Shown: positions 19,789 through 29,568 of the stretch, piece by piece
How the letters are laid out: each line of letters begins with the position of its first letter
How positions within the stretch are numbered: the first letter of the stretch is position 1
DNA from: Leptospiraceae bacterium
GTDB taxonomy: Bacteria > Spirochaetota > Leptospiria > Leptospirales > Leptonemataceae
Assembly (NCBI GenBank): GCA_040217195.1
Contig: JAVJNR010000003.1
Coordinates: 672,001 to 736,000 of the forward strand
DNA: 64,000 bases
Direction: 5' to 3'
Program-made: the position numbers and the translations under genes
The notes under the pieces: model-generated
Told to the model about the DNA's origin: nothing
What the model saw: only the letters and a program-made list of their open reading frames with translations
Databases searched by the model: none

Positions 19789-19852
19789 TCTCCCGGCTCT
19801 CACACTTCCTTTGCTTCGCCGCACTGGGACTTCCTGTCCGGCGTCCTGTTCG

Positions 19853-21784
19853 CTAAAGCTTCGTGAAGAAGCTTTCATAAGGAGCCATGCTTACAGAAAT
19901 TTTGTCTTTCGTTACGGTCCAGGGTATGAGCTGGCCATCAAATAGGTCCACGCGGCGCTTTAGATCACCGGTAGTCAGAGCCTCGGGCAAAGGTACTTCG
20001 ATTCGGGCCGGTTTGTCCGTGGGATTCCAGATGCCCAGGTATCCTGCAGGATTATAGGCACCCAGAGGAAAGGGATGATCCAATCCAGCCAGAGGAATGG
20101 ATGTGCGACTAGAACACTTTTTATTGATTTCCAGGATCTTATCCAGCCATTGAAACCTGGCTCCGTCTAGAATCTGCAAATCATCGCTGATCAAAATCAT
20201 GCCTCCTACCAGAGTCATGATCACAGCAGATAATCGAATCTGAGCATCCGTCAGTTCTGTTTCCCGGTTTCGCAGCATCAGACAATCCGGATCATTGAGC
20301 CAGAGCCTTTGATGCATAAAAGAGCGAAGCAGGTTGTTTTGTAATGCAGGACGCAATGCAGGAAAATTGCGATCTCCCAGAAGATTTCCCAGGAAAGGCT
20401 TTTCCCACATATGGTTCACATCCATACTAACTCGCTGTCCATCTACAATGCCAATGCTGGGATATAGCGGACAACCACATCCAAGAAGGAAGGTCTTTCT
20501 GCCAGCGGCCTTACGAATCACCTCCAGAGCTTTTCGAAGACGCATGGATCCAGTTGTATCCATAGAATGATAGCGACCACGGAAGTAAGGAGTGAATAGA
20601 AAATCCAGCTTTAGATAAGTAAATCCCTGATCTACAAAGTGCCTGGTTACCCGGGAAATATAATCCAGGAATACTGGATGAGTTACATCCAGTGCATAGG
20701 TTTTGCCACCCCAGTTCGGATTGATTAATGCTCGCACAGGTCGGCCGGATGGGCTTCGCAGCAGTATCTCCGGATGCTTCTTGATTAGATCTGCGTCGGG
20801 CCTGGCAAGGAAGGGAGCGAACCAGACGCCGGCCCTGTAGCCGGATTTCTTGATTTCTTTTACAAGCGGTGCCAGACCATTGGGGAACTTCTCATTTGTG
20901 CTAAGCCAATCTCCAATATTTTTCTGATAACCGTCGTCAATCTGGAAGACATCCATCTTAACTTCCCGTGCTTTCAGAAGCATTAGATTGTGCGAAAGAT
21001 TCTCCTCATTTATTCCAGTATAATAATGATACCAGGAACACCATCCACTGAAATTAGCAGACCGATTGGGCGGATCCGGCAGATCCCGACTAATCTCATT
21101 AAAGCATTTGTCGATGAAACTAAAGAATTCCAGTGGCTCATTCTGGGTGCGAAAGCCCTTTACCAGCGAAAGAGGAAGAATGGAATGGGAGACGGATTTT
21201 TGCCCGTTAAAGTCCCAGATAATTCGAAGGTCATTCAGTGAACCATCTGATGGATTTAGATGAACTTTGTAACGAACATGCTGCAGGCCTATCTCTGCCT
21301 GACCCAAAAAGAGCATTTTCCCGGAATCGGCCACCAGAGAAACCAGGCCTTCGGAATGAAATAAGCCTCGGCGGGCCATAGAATGCAGCCGGCCGGGAAT
21401 GCGGGAAGGGAAATCAGTTTCTGGATTTTCATCCATGTCATGCTTCCAGCGAAAGCGCGATTGTAGATCCCGATCTTTTGCCCCTACCACCTGGCACACG
21501 GACCAGGAGTGATAACCATGCTGAAAAATTCGAATTCCATGCTGCCCTGGATAGAATCTGCCCTGGGGGTCGTTAAACCGAACTTCGAACCTTTCAATAT
21601 TCAGCTCTTGATCCGAAAGCTGTTTTAACCTGAAACGAAGAGAATCCTCGCCACTCTGATCCTTCAGCTGGAAGGTATTGCGGGAACTGCTGCGTACAAT
21701 GCCGCTGCGTTCAAAGTCCTCCTCTACCAGTTTTCCGGATTTCTTGTACGCTATGTGACAGGAATAGTCTTGGAATAAGGACAT
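19853..21784 (-). CDS. Glycoside hydrolase family 36 (alpha-galactosidase-like)
   Basis: GWCSWY, FQIDDGYQ, KFPNGL, YLKLDF, WLNDPDCL. Confidence 0.85.
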   Translation of the reverse strand: MSLFQDYSCHIAYKKSGKLVEEDFERSGIVRSSSRNTFQLKDQSGEDSLRFRLKQLSDQELNIERFEVRFNDPQGRFYPGQHGIRIFQHGYHSWSVCQVVGAKDRDLQSRFRWKHDMDENPETDFPSRIPGRLHSMARRGLFHSEGLVSLVADSGKMLFLGQAEIGLQHVRYKVHLNPSDGSLNDLRIIWDFNGQKSVSHSILPLSLVKGFRTQNEPLEFFSFIDKCFNEISRDLPDPPNRSANFSGWCSWYHYYTGINEENLSHNLMLLKAREVKMDVFQIDDGYQKNIGDWLSTNEKFPNGLAPLVKEIKKSGYRAGVWFAPFLARPDADLIKKHPEILLRSPSGRPVRALINPNWGGKTYALDVTHPVFLDYISRVTRHFVDQGFTYLKLDFLFTPYFRGRYHSMDTTGSMRLRKALEVIRKAAGRKTFLLGCGCPLYPSIGIVDGQRVSMDVNHMWEKPFLGNLLGDRNFPALRPALQNNLLRSFMHQRLWLNDPDCLMLRNRETELTDAQIRLSAVIMTLVGGMILISDDLQILDGARFQWLDKILEINKKCSSRTSIPLAGLDHPFPLGAYNPAGYLGIWNPTDKPARIEVPLPEALTTGDLKRRVDLFDGQLIPWTVTKDKISVSMAPYESFFTKL

Positions 21785-21915
21785 GCCTACGCTGTGAAAT
21801 GGTACCGGCACCGGGCAATTCTTTTTCAAGGTCCCTGAACAGAGCGGATCCGGTAACGGAGCCACTGAACTCTTTATAGGCTTGATCTTGTATAGGATAT
21901 GCATTCACTGACGCT

Positions 21916-22596
21916 GTGGCAAACCAGGCGGCCATTTTTGATTTCGACAGTGTACTCTTTCACGATAGCAATATCTGGAAAGTGAAGCATCCGGCTGTGG
22001 GAATCCTGGGCATGGCAGCCAGCACAAGCGATGTACTGCAGCATTTCCAGAAAGGTATCTTAAAGACCAATGGAAAACATCTACCAGACTATTACTCCCT
22101 GGATGAGTTCCCCTACGACTTACTGGATGACTCATCCAGCTTCAATATATTGCCGCCAGAATTGGTCCGCACAACGGCCAGGTCTCATGGGCAAAAAAGA
22201 AGGGATCTATTCGTTTTGAGTATGACTCGCAGAACCGGTATTCTGAACTTTCTTTGCGATTTGATCCCACCGGAAAAAGGTCCGATTCCATTTCCCAATC
22301 CATTCGAAACATGCGATGTTCTGGAACTCCGAACCGAAGACCTGGATGAAATAAAAAGAGCTCAGGACCTACCTCTGGCCAGGATGCGCCGAATGCTATC
22401 CCTTCTGAGCTATAATGATGGAAGGCCTACAGCAGCACCCGGGCCTTATGAGCGAATTTTCTATCATACAACAGATCGTGTGGCCGCAGAACTGGTCAGC
22501 GGATACGTTCACAAAAACCATTCATTGCTGGAAGATGGTCGAAATGCCATTCTGGTTTATTATATTGCTCGGGCACGAGATCTGGCAGAAATCTAG
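21916..22596 (+). CDS. Hypothetical protein
   Basis: 226-aa ORF filling the gap between neighbours; no recognised motif. Confidence 0.55.
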   Translation: MANQAAIFDFDSVLFHDSNIWKVKHPAVGILGMAASTSDVLQHFQKGILKTNGKHLPDYYSLDEFPYDLLDDSSSFNILPPELVRTTARSHGQKRRDLFVLSMTRRTGILNFLCDLIPPEKGPIPFPNPFETCDVLELRTEDLDEIKRAQDLPLARMRRMLSLLSYNDGRPTAAPGPYERIFYHTTDRVAAELVSGYVHKNHSLLEDGRNAILVYYIARARDLAEI

Positions 22597-22681
22597 ATTC
22601 TTGCAGTTCATAGTAAGGATTTGATCGCTTTCGCACTGGAATCGAAATCTCGCTTCCTACAGCTTCAATTGATGTTCAGGT

Positions 22682-23788
22682 CTAGCGCCAGAAAATAAGG
22701 TTATCCGTAAAGGAATCATCCGTTCTTGCCTCGGCTCTGGCAAAAACGATATCGTCTGCATTGAAATGTACTTCGCCCTTTTCGGTTTGAAGCACCCATT
22801 CGTATCGGGACCGTAGAATTAGATCTCCACTTACCTTCAAGCCACTTCGAAGCATTACGTATCCATGCTGACCCACAGTAAGATCCATACCTTCTGCAGG
22901 AGTCCTGGACGATCTAGAATCATCAGGACGCAGTTGAATTCTACCAAATTCTGATTCTAGCTGCGTATTGTAGCCGTCGAATTCTGTCGTCTCATAGGCT
23001 AGATTCATTCCGCTGGAGAGATCCAGAGAATCCTCTGCATTTATTCTGTTCTTTACCGCTTCCAGATCAGAAGAATCAATAATTCTCTCCGGCCGGCTAC
23101 CATCGGAGGAAGCCGGAATTTTCATCTGCTCAATCTCTGAGGTGTGAAACTCCATAAAACCGGCCGATGTTTCCAGAACATAATGCTGGCCATGCTTCTC
23201 TACAATCTGAGCTTTGATTTCCTGTCCACTCCAGAGCCGAACAGTGCCTCGAGTTTTTTCCAGGCGAAGAGCTTCCAGGCGACGCCTCTCCTGCTGCCGG
23301 GCCGATTCTATTTCATTTCCCGGCTCCTTTTCACCAATTTCATTTTCAGCCTGCCTGGCTACTTCCTCTACAAGATCTTCTCGATCGGCTAACTCAGCCT
23401 CTCGTTGCTCTTTTTCACGTTTTTCCCGAAGCTCTTTATCCCGGCGCTTTCTATCCTCTTCGCGTTTTTTCTTGAGTTTCTCTTCCCGTTCTTCCTTTGC
23501 TTCCTCTTTCTTCAAAGCAACAAGTTTGATTTCTTGCTTATCCGTTTCCCTTCTGGAAAAATAAAAGATTGAGGCGATGGTAGATTTGGAAATGAGCTGA
23601 ACTCGCCCATCGTCGCCTACGAAATTAACATTCGAGATAGTCTGACCGGTAACAGAACCTTCCAGTTTCTCTCCATTTCGAAGCACAACCAGGTCCGCAA
23701 AGGCAGGAACAGAGATTCCATAACCAATGCCAAGGGCCATTGCAAGAGCTTTCTTTTCGGACGGTCGCATGAGATACCTCGTACCCAT
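22682..23788 (-). CDS. Exported protein with repeated LA_0442/LA_0875-type beta modules and a charged coiled coil
   Basis: Signal peptide; VVLRNGEKLEG, VRLWSGQEIKA and VMLRSGLKVSG repeats; E/K/R-rich segment. Confidence 0.6.
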   Translation of the reverse strand: MGTRYLMRPSEKKALAMALGIGYGISVPAFADLVVLRNGEKLEGSVTGQTISNVNFVGDDGRVQLISKSTIASIFYFSRRETDKQEIKLVALKKEEAKEEREEKLKKKREEDRKRRDKELREKREKEQREAELADREDLVEEVARQAENEIGEKEPGNEIESARQQERRRLEALRLEKTRGTVRLWSGQEIKAQIVEKHGQHYVLETSAGFMEFHTSEIEQMKIPASSDGSRPERIIDSSDLEAVKNRINAEDSLDLSSGMNLAYETTEFDGYNTQLESEFGRIQLRPDDSRSSRTPAEGMDLTVGQHGYVMLRSGLKVSGDLILRSRYEWVLQTEKGEVHFNADDIVFARAEARTDDSFTDNLIFWR

Positions 23789-23913
23789 AAATAGACGAAT
23801 AGAACGATGACCTTGTTTTGCGAAAAAATCGCAGGTTCAGCACCAATATAACACCCAGTTGGCCGGAACAGCCAACGCCCGCAGGATTATGTCACTCCTT
23901 CGCGATTCAGATC

Positions 23914-24366
23914 CTAGTTGAAACCGAAGTGCAATCGTCTGGTTACCCGCACCACTTCTATGGCACCACCCGTAATCAGAATCTCTTTTCCATTGAGGTC
24001 AACAAATTGTGCCCTTGCCGGTCCACCCTTCGGATTCAGCATACCGGGAGCCAATCCCATAAGATCGGTGATGCCATCGCCATAAGCTTTTCCAAAGCAA
24101 CCAGAAGCGCCAAAGTTGGGATAATTGATACCGTTGGACTTCATGTAAGGCTGAAGATAGAATAGTCCCACCGCCCAATGGAAAGGAGATATGACGCAGT
24201 CCAATACAGTTCCTGTTCCGGTAAAAACGGTGTCTGTAACGTACGTGCGAGTCTTTCCGGTCTCATCTATGTGTCGCACTTGAAATGCAGAACAGCTCAA
24301 AGCAAGAGACACAATACCAATTAGAAATGCCGTTCGTAACGCTCGAATAATCTGCAATGGATTCAT
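23914..24366 (-). CDS. Hypothetical lipoprotein
   Basis: GGAGG RBS, LALSC lipobox. Confidence 0.65.
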   Translation of the reverse strand: MNPLQIIRALRTAFLIGIVSLALSCSAFQVRHIDETGKTRTYVTDTVFTGTGTVLDCVISPFHWAVGLFYLQPYMKSNGINYPNFGASGCFGKAYGDGITDLMGLAPGMLNPKGGPARAQFVDLNGKEILITGGAIEVVRVTRRLHFGFN

Positions 24367-24639
24367 TTAATCCCTCCTGATCCTGCTTTCAAAATCGGTC
24401 GTATCCTACCAGACATTCAAAGGCTACCATTAAATTTACCTTTTTTTACAAACAATTACCACGTACCGAAGTACGATCATAGAAATTTCGCTGATCAGCA
24501 AGAATGCCAGCGGTTCTATTGCTGCTCAGCGTCAAGGTCCCATGCCTAAAATCCATCCGACGTTGGTCTGCGCAGAATTCTTTTGCTTTACAGACTTTAA
24601 TTCTGGCTTCGGAATCACGAAAATAGGGATACCCCGGAA

Positions 24640-25455
24640 ATGAAAACAGGCATTGCGATGAAAACAGTAATTGGAATTTTGATTGGTCTAATAATATTCT
24701 CTACCGGCCTTTCTGCAGAGGTCATTCGACTGAACGGAGGACAGATCCTGGAAGGGGAAGTAATCGATGAATCGGACAAGCTTCTGGTCATAGAAACTGG
24801 AACGGGAACCTTCACCATACGCAAAGAAGATATTCTGGAGCGGGAAAGGCCTGGCGGTCCTAAAATCGTAAGACTGGACCGTCAATCTCTGAGCCCCATG
24901 GGAGCTGCTGCTCGAAGTTTCATTCCGTTCTACAGTGGTTTTTACGAAACAGAGGATGAAGAGTTCGGACTTCTTTTCGCCACTCTGCAGGGAGTCTATG
25001 CACTTGGAACCATCGACAATATGCCGGGCCTTCGCCGCGACATCGGCTGGAACAATCCCCAATACTGGAAAGGGCCCCTGGATCATGGCCAATCTGCCAA
25101 TGAATTTCTGCAAGGGCTGGACTTCGGAGCTTTCTTTACCAGAAGTGCCGTAGATAATTACGTAACACTGGAAGCCCTAACTAAGTACAATGACAGTTTC
25201 TATCCGGTGAAGACTGTTCTTACTCAGAAGGTACGATCCAAAAAAGACTCCGATAGCAATTTTCGCAACAATCTCCGCGGATACTTGATCACATCGCTCA
25301 TCCATGCTGGCCTCACCTACTGGCATGTAAATTCCTATGAGGGCGGCTCCTGGCTATCTCAGGAACCAGAAGCTCTAACTCCCGGTCGGGTTTATGGCTA
25401 TGTAGTACCAGGAGGAAAGGATAGCGTTCATTTTGGAATGATGATGGTCTTTTAG
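24640..25455 (+). CDS. Exported LA_0442/LA_0875 N-terminal-domain-like protein
   Basis: Signal peptide; AEVIRLNGGQILEGEVI; AAARSFIP; C-terminal Phe. Confidence 0.6.
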   Translation: MKTGIAMKTVIGILIGLIIFSTGLSAEVIRLNGGQILEGEVIDESDKLLVIETGTGTFTIRKEDILERERPGGPKIVRLDRQSLSPMGAAARSFIPFYSGFYETEDEEFGLLFATLQGVYALGTIDNMPGLRRDIGWNNPQYWKGPLDHGQSANEFLQGLDFGAFFTRSAVDNYVTLEALTKYNDSFYPVKTVLTQKVRSKKDSDSNFRNNLRGYLITSLIHAGLTYWHVNSYEGGSWLSQEPEALTPGRVYGYVVPGGKDSVHFGMMMVF

Positions 25456-25741
25456 TAATTAGATTGATTTGCCCCGGGGCCCCCGGCCATCTACCTCTGC
25501 AATCTACCATGAAGCATAGTTCTTCCCGGCAAATAAGCCGGTAGGCAAGCCCTTCTCCGGATTCCGGCAACTGAACCGGCAGCGGAGCTTGCTTGCATTG
25601 TAAATAACTGGTCCTCAAAGGCGGGTAAAAGATGGAAGGCAATCCGGCTATCTTCCGCTGGCCCAGGCCCTGGCCTATCAAATCAAAGGATAGGCCGGAG
25701 CCTGGCAGAAAGGATGTATTCGTTGGCCCCTGAGACTCTGG

Positions 25742-26197
25742 CTATGCTTTCGTGTCTGAAGGGATGCTCCGGGAGTCTAAAAGCGATGTCAGCCTATCTC
25801 GATGGCTCCACAGAATCCAACCTTCTACTGCCAGTAGAAATAATCCCATGGGAATCCCTGGACCGGTTCTGGCCAGAATCCAGAGATACGGCACAATATG
25901 GGCGATCACCGGTAAAAGTAGCAAGGCTCCCAGAAGCTGTGTCCTTCTGGCTACGAGAAGGGCCCCACCCAGTATTTCCACTGCGCCCACGAATTGCCAG
26001 ATGTAGCCGGTGGCCAGAAGCGCCCCCAGAAATCGTCCGGCTTCAGGAGGAATTGGCGGCGTGGGCATAAAGGGATAGAATTTTGAGCTACCGAACAGCA
26101 GGAACAAGGCGCTCATCAACCAGACCGGGACATTGCCCAGTATCTCAATCCAACGATTATTAACCAACGACTCATTAATATAGGTTTTTTTTCTCAT
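25742..26197 (-). CDS. DoxX-like membrane protein
   Basis: LFLLFGSSKF, VGAVEILGGALL, LGALLLLPV; AGGAG RBS. Confidence 0.7.
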   Translation of the reverse strand: MRKKTYINESLVNNRWIEILGNVPVWLMSALFLLFGSSKFYPFMPTPPIPPEAGRFLGALLATGYIWQFVGAVEILGGALLVARRTQLLGALLLLPVIAHIVPYLWILARTGPGIPMGLFLLAVEGWILWSHRDRLTSLLDSRSIPSDTKA

Positions 26198-26235
26198 TTT
26201 ATACTCCTGGCCGCTCTAGGAAGAACGGCATTTTT

Positions 26236-26325
26236 TACTTGTCCACACAACTTTATGCGACCCCTTTACTTGTGTAGACAAGTATTTTTCGCCAGGCCCG
26301 ACAAAAAAAGTTGTCAGCACAACTA
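26236..26325. promoter_or_regulatory. Three palindromic operators, probably for the adjacent MarR
   Basis: TACTTGT-CCAC-ACAACTT (26236), TACTTGT-GTAG-ACAAGTA (26267), AAGTTGT-CAGC-ACAACTA (26308). Confidence 0.75.
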
Positions 26326-26343
26326 ATTTATTCAGCTTGAGAC

Positions 26344-26787
26344 ATGGCTCTTAAACTGGAAGATCAGCTGGGATATAATCTAAATCGGACGGCCATGCTA
26401 TTCCGGCGGGAACTGGGGCGGTCATTGAAGCCATTTGGCGCAATGACGCCCGAGCAATGGCAAACCATGAATACACTCTGGGAAAGCCCGGATGGTTTGA
26501 GCCCCAGCGAAATACGGGACATCACTTTGCAGGATTTGCCCTCCATTTCTCGTATGGTGAAGCGCATGGAAGAACACGGATGGGTGGAGCGGCTAGCGGA
26601 TCCAGAAGACAGGCGCTCCTTTCGCATAAAGCTTACAGCAAAAGGTATGAAACTGGAAAAGGAGGTGCCAGATAGACTACAGTCTCACTTCCAGAGCATT
26701 CTGGGCTCTCTAAGCAAGAAGGAAGGACAGGATTTGCTTTCCTCTTTGAAGAAACTGCGAACAGCTCTTGGCGATGAATACTCCTGA
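26344..26787 (+). CDS. MarR family transcriptional regulator
   Basis: TPEQW, ISRMVKRMEEHGWVER..DPEDRRS..LTAKG. Confidence 0.9.
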   Translation: MALKLEDQLGYNLNRTAMLFRRELGRSLKPFGAMTPEQWQTMNTLWESPDGLSPSEIRDITLQDLPSISRMVKRMEEHGWVERLADPEDRRSFRIKLTAKGMKLEKEVPDRLQSHFQSILGSLSKKEGQDLLSSLKKLRTALGDEYS

Positions 26788-26850
26788 TATGAGCAGAAAG
26801 ACTTTTCGTAGCATCAATGTTTCTCGAAGGGCCTCCGACTTTCGCTGCAG

Positions 26851-26875
26851 AAAAAAAGGCCGGGAAGGCCCGGCC
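26851..26875 (-). terminator. Rho-independent terminator
   Basis: Minus strand GGCCGGG-CCTT-CCCGGCC then T7. Confidence 0.75.
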
Positions 26876-26909
26876 GCTTGTCGCTTTCCTGTTATCTCTT
26901 TTTATGATT

Positions 26910-28013
26910 TCAGGGCCCGGAGTCGCTGGATGGCGCCAGTGTGCTGCCGGGATCCAGAAAGGTAACGTTCAGTCCATCAATGGTTGCCTGACGTAAATCC
27001 TCGTAGGAGGTGGTTTCTGTAAGAATCTGATCGAAAAGTGTATCTATGGCCGATCCAGACCTGAAATCGGCCGGTACGCTTCCTTCCGCTACGTTATCGT
27101 TTATAAAACCATTACCATTGAACAGTCCATAGTCCAGACTCGGATCCACTCCACAAGCAGTCCTTTCCGTTCCGTACTGGGCCCCCTCCCATACAGCCAC
27201 TTTCGCAGTAGTTTGAAACGGCGAAGCAGTTTTTTGGCCATAGGCGATAGCATAGTAAAGAGGTGTCGTATCACATAGAGGATTTGCCGACTCAATCTGA
27301 GATGCCGTACTAGAGTTCAGGCGAACTACTGCTTTCACGCAGAGTAAAGCTCCGCCGTCCATATTCTCTAAGAAAATTCTCGCTCTATCCGTAGGTCCAC
27401 CGCTGCTTAGAGGGCCATTGCTCCATGTGTATGTCTGAATATTGCCGTCTGAGCCAGATTGCACCCAGCTTTCTACAAATGTATCGTTCCCATTGAATTG
27501 TGTAGGATTCAGGACGTTCGTTCTATAAATCACCAGAGCCCCGGATCCACTTACATCTCCGTAATCGTTGAAGAAAAGCTCTAGAGCTTTTGCATCGTCT
27601 GATTGCCGCCATATGATCAATCTATGCTTAAAGCCTTTCGCTGACCCGCAGGCAGAGCAGGTAACATTATACGTGGATGTTGCATTTTTTGTAATATGAA
27701 TCTTCCCGGTGAAAGTTCCCAGTTGAACGTTCACTCGAGCTACAGTTGTACCGTCTGGCCATTGAAAGAAATTTGCACTATTGAGCCCGGTAAGTATTGA
27801 GTCGATCAAACTGGAATTCGCATTCGCCCAGGTAACCGATTGCCGAACCCCGCCCCAGGCGTTTTCAGCAGCCTGAGCTTCTTTAATTCCAGAGATGTCC
27901 AGCCTCAGCTCAATCGGACGATCAATCCTATAGGTCTTAACTTCATAAATAGTGATGGATGCTCCCAGAAAGGCAAGCAGAGCCATGGTTCCAAAAATCC
28001 ATTTTCTATTCAT
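26910..28013 (-). CDS. Exported or membrane-anchored hypothetical protein (beta-rich, Cys-containing)
   Basis: N-terminal hydrophobic segment; RBS; 9 bp downstream of the small lipoprotein gene. Confidence 0.65.
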   Translation of the reverse strand: MNRKWIFGTMALLAFLGASITIYEVKTYRIDRPIELRLDISGIKEAQAAENAWGGVRQSVTWANANSSLIDSILTGLNSANFFQWPDGTTVARVNVQLGTFTGKIHITKNATSTYNVTCSACGSAKGFKHRLIIWRQSDDAKALELFFNDYGDVSGSGALVIYRTNVLNPTQFNGNDTFVESWVQSGSDGNIQTYTWSNGPLSSGGPTDRARIFLENMDGGALLCVKAVVRLNSSTASQIESANPLCDTTPLYYAIAYGQKTASPFQTTAKVAVWEGAQYGTERTACGVDPSLDYGLFNGNGFINDNVAEGSVPADFRSGSAIDTLFDQILTETTSYEDLRQATIDGLNVTFLDPGSTLAPSSDSGP

Positions 28014-28022
28014 AAATCCCTC

Positions 28023-28217
28023 CTAATCCGTTACAAATCCTGGCGGTATGCAGACCACCATGCCGGAGTTATTCGTACAACTGGTGCCTGGTTGTAGCAA
28101 AGCCCAGAGAGCCAGCAGTTGCAGACTATTATCATCCTTCTCCTCTTCCAGGCCCAGCAGACTACAGGAAGAAAGGGAAAATGCGCAAAATGAAATTATA
28201 GCCAGGAATCTCTTCAT
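28023..28217 (-). CDS. Small spirochaete-type lipoprotein
   Basis: GGAG RBS; MKRFLAIISFCAFSLSSC lipobox followed by EEEKDDNSLQLLAL. Confidence 0.65.
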   Translation of the reverse strand: MKRFLAIISFCAFSLSSCSLLGLEEEKDDNSLQLLALWALLQPGTSCTNNSGMVVCIPPGFVTD

Positions 28218-28496
28218 AACACTCCTCCGGAAGCCTCCAGTTCTGCCCGGTGCTTCCACGGGCCTCGGTCAGGCCCTCAATACGTACTACATTCGCTACA
28301 GCAGGATTTCCACAAAAAAATTCATCCCTAACCTGCGCCGGTATAACCCAGGGTCGGTCGACATCTTAGCGTCACATTCCAGGGATTACTACGCAGGGCG
28401 TACGATTGCAGAATACCCCGGTACCGGATCCCAAATATATCCTTCGGGCTACGGGTTTCTGGTTTGAATGGAAGTTAGCGAGTGGATAGAGTGAAA

Positions 28497-28530
28497 GAAC
28501 TTCAGGCCGAGCAGATTCGGCCTGAAGTTC
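28497..28530. terminator. Perfect 14-bp inverted repeat downstream of xerD (terminator-like)
   Basis: GAACTTCAGGCCGA-GCAGAT-TCGGCCTGAAGTTC. Confidence 0.6.
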
Positions 28531-28541
28531 ACAGGCAGGAA

Positions 28542-29432
28542 TTAGCCCCGGGGATGAAATTTCTTATGCACTTCTTTCAGGGTGCGACTGGCCATGTGAG
28601 TATAGATCTGTGTGGTCGAAATATCCAGATGTCCCAGTAGTTCTTGAACGCTTCGTAGATCTGCATTGTTTTCAATCAAATGTGTTGCGAAGCTGTGTCG
28701 AAAGGTATGCGGAGTAACTGGCTTTTTGATTCCAGTCCGAGAGATGTATTTCTTTAGAAGCCGCCAGACAGACTTACGGTTCAGCAAATCGCCTTTCTTG
28801 CTAATAAAAAGGTACTGGCTGTAGCGGGATTTGAGAATTTTCTCCCTGGCGTTGTCCATATAATTCTGAATCACTTCCAGAGATTTCTGACCAAACGGCA
28901 CCAGTCGCTCTCGCCCGCCTTTTCCGCGAACCGTCAAAAAGAGGTTCTCCAGATCAAGATCTTCCAGCCGCAGATTGCAGGCCTCGGAAATTCTCAGTCC
29001 ACTGGAGTACAGCAATTCGAAAATCGCCTTATCCCGCATTTCGTAAGGGTCCTTTTCGTTAAAGCAATCAAAGAGTTCTTTGATCTCTTCTACAGTTAGA
29101 TAATCCGGCAGAGTCTTTTTAACTTCCGGTGTATCAACATTCTCAGTTGGGTTAGCTTCCAGCCGGTTTTCATCTTTAAGGTACCGGTAAAACTGCCGCA
29201 GAGCTGCTAAAGCCCTTGCACGTGATCTGCTGGAGATCTGCTTCTCTTTTTGATCTTGAAGAAAGCCCACCACATCTTCAGTGTTTACGGTGAGTAGATC
29301 TTTGCGACGGGCTGCCACAAAGTCCTCAAACTTCTTCAAGTCGTAGGAGTAAGCATGAATGGAGTTCTCACTCAATCCTCGCTCCACCAACAGAAAATCT
29401 TGGAATTCTTTCAGTATATTAGGCCTGGTCAA
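28542..29432 (-). CDS. xerD: Tyrosine recombinase XerD
   Basis: ERGLSENS..AYSYDL, LLYSSGLRISE, GKGGRERLVP, PHTFRHSFATHL, VQELLGH..ISTTQIYTH, HKKFHPRG. Confidence 0.88.
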   Translation of the reverse strand: MTRPNILKEFQDFLLVERGLSENSIHAYSYDLKKFEDFVAARRKDLLTVNTEDVVGFLQDQKEKQISSRSRARALAALRQFYRYLKDENRLEANPTENVDTPEVKKTLPDYLTVEEIKELFDCFNEKDPYEMRDKAIFELLYSSGLRISEACNLRLEDLDLENLFLTVRGKGGRERLVPFGQKSLEVIQNYMDNAREKILKSRYSQYLFISKKGDLLNRKSVWRLLKKYISRTGIKKPVTPHTFRHSFATHLIENNADLRSVQELLGHLDISTTQIYTHMASRTLKEVHKKFHPRG

Positions 29433-29568
29433 AGTTCCGCTCCCTACAACTACATAATCGGTTCGCTATGTCTCTTTTTTTGAAACATTTTTGGCGGAAG
29501 GGCCGTCCGGAGGCTTTTTTTGCAGGAATAAATGTTGCTCCATGATCCAGCCAAATAGACCTGTACGC

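Noticed and set aside
28542..29432. Phage or island integrase
   Set aside because: Length and motifs match chromosomal XerD; it sits next to glyQS with no phage genes or tRNA att site.
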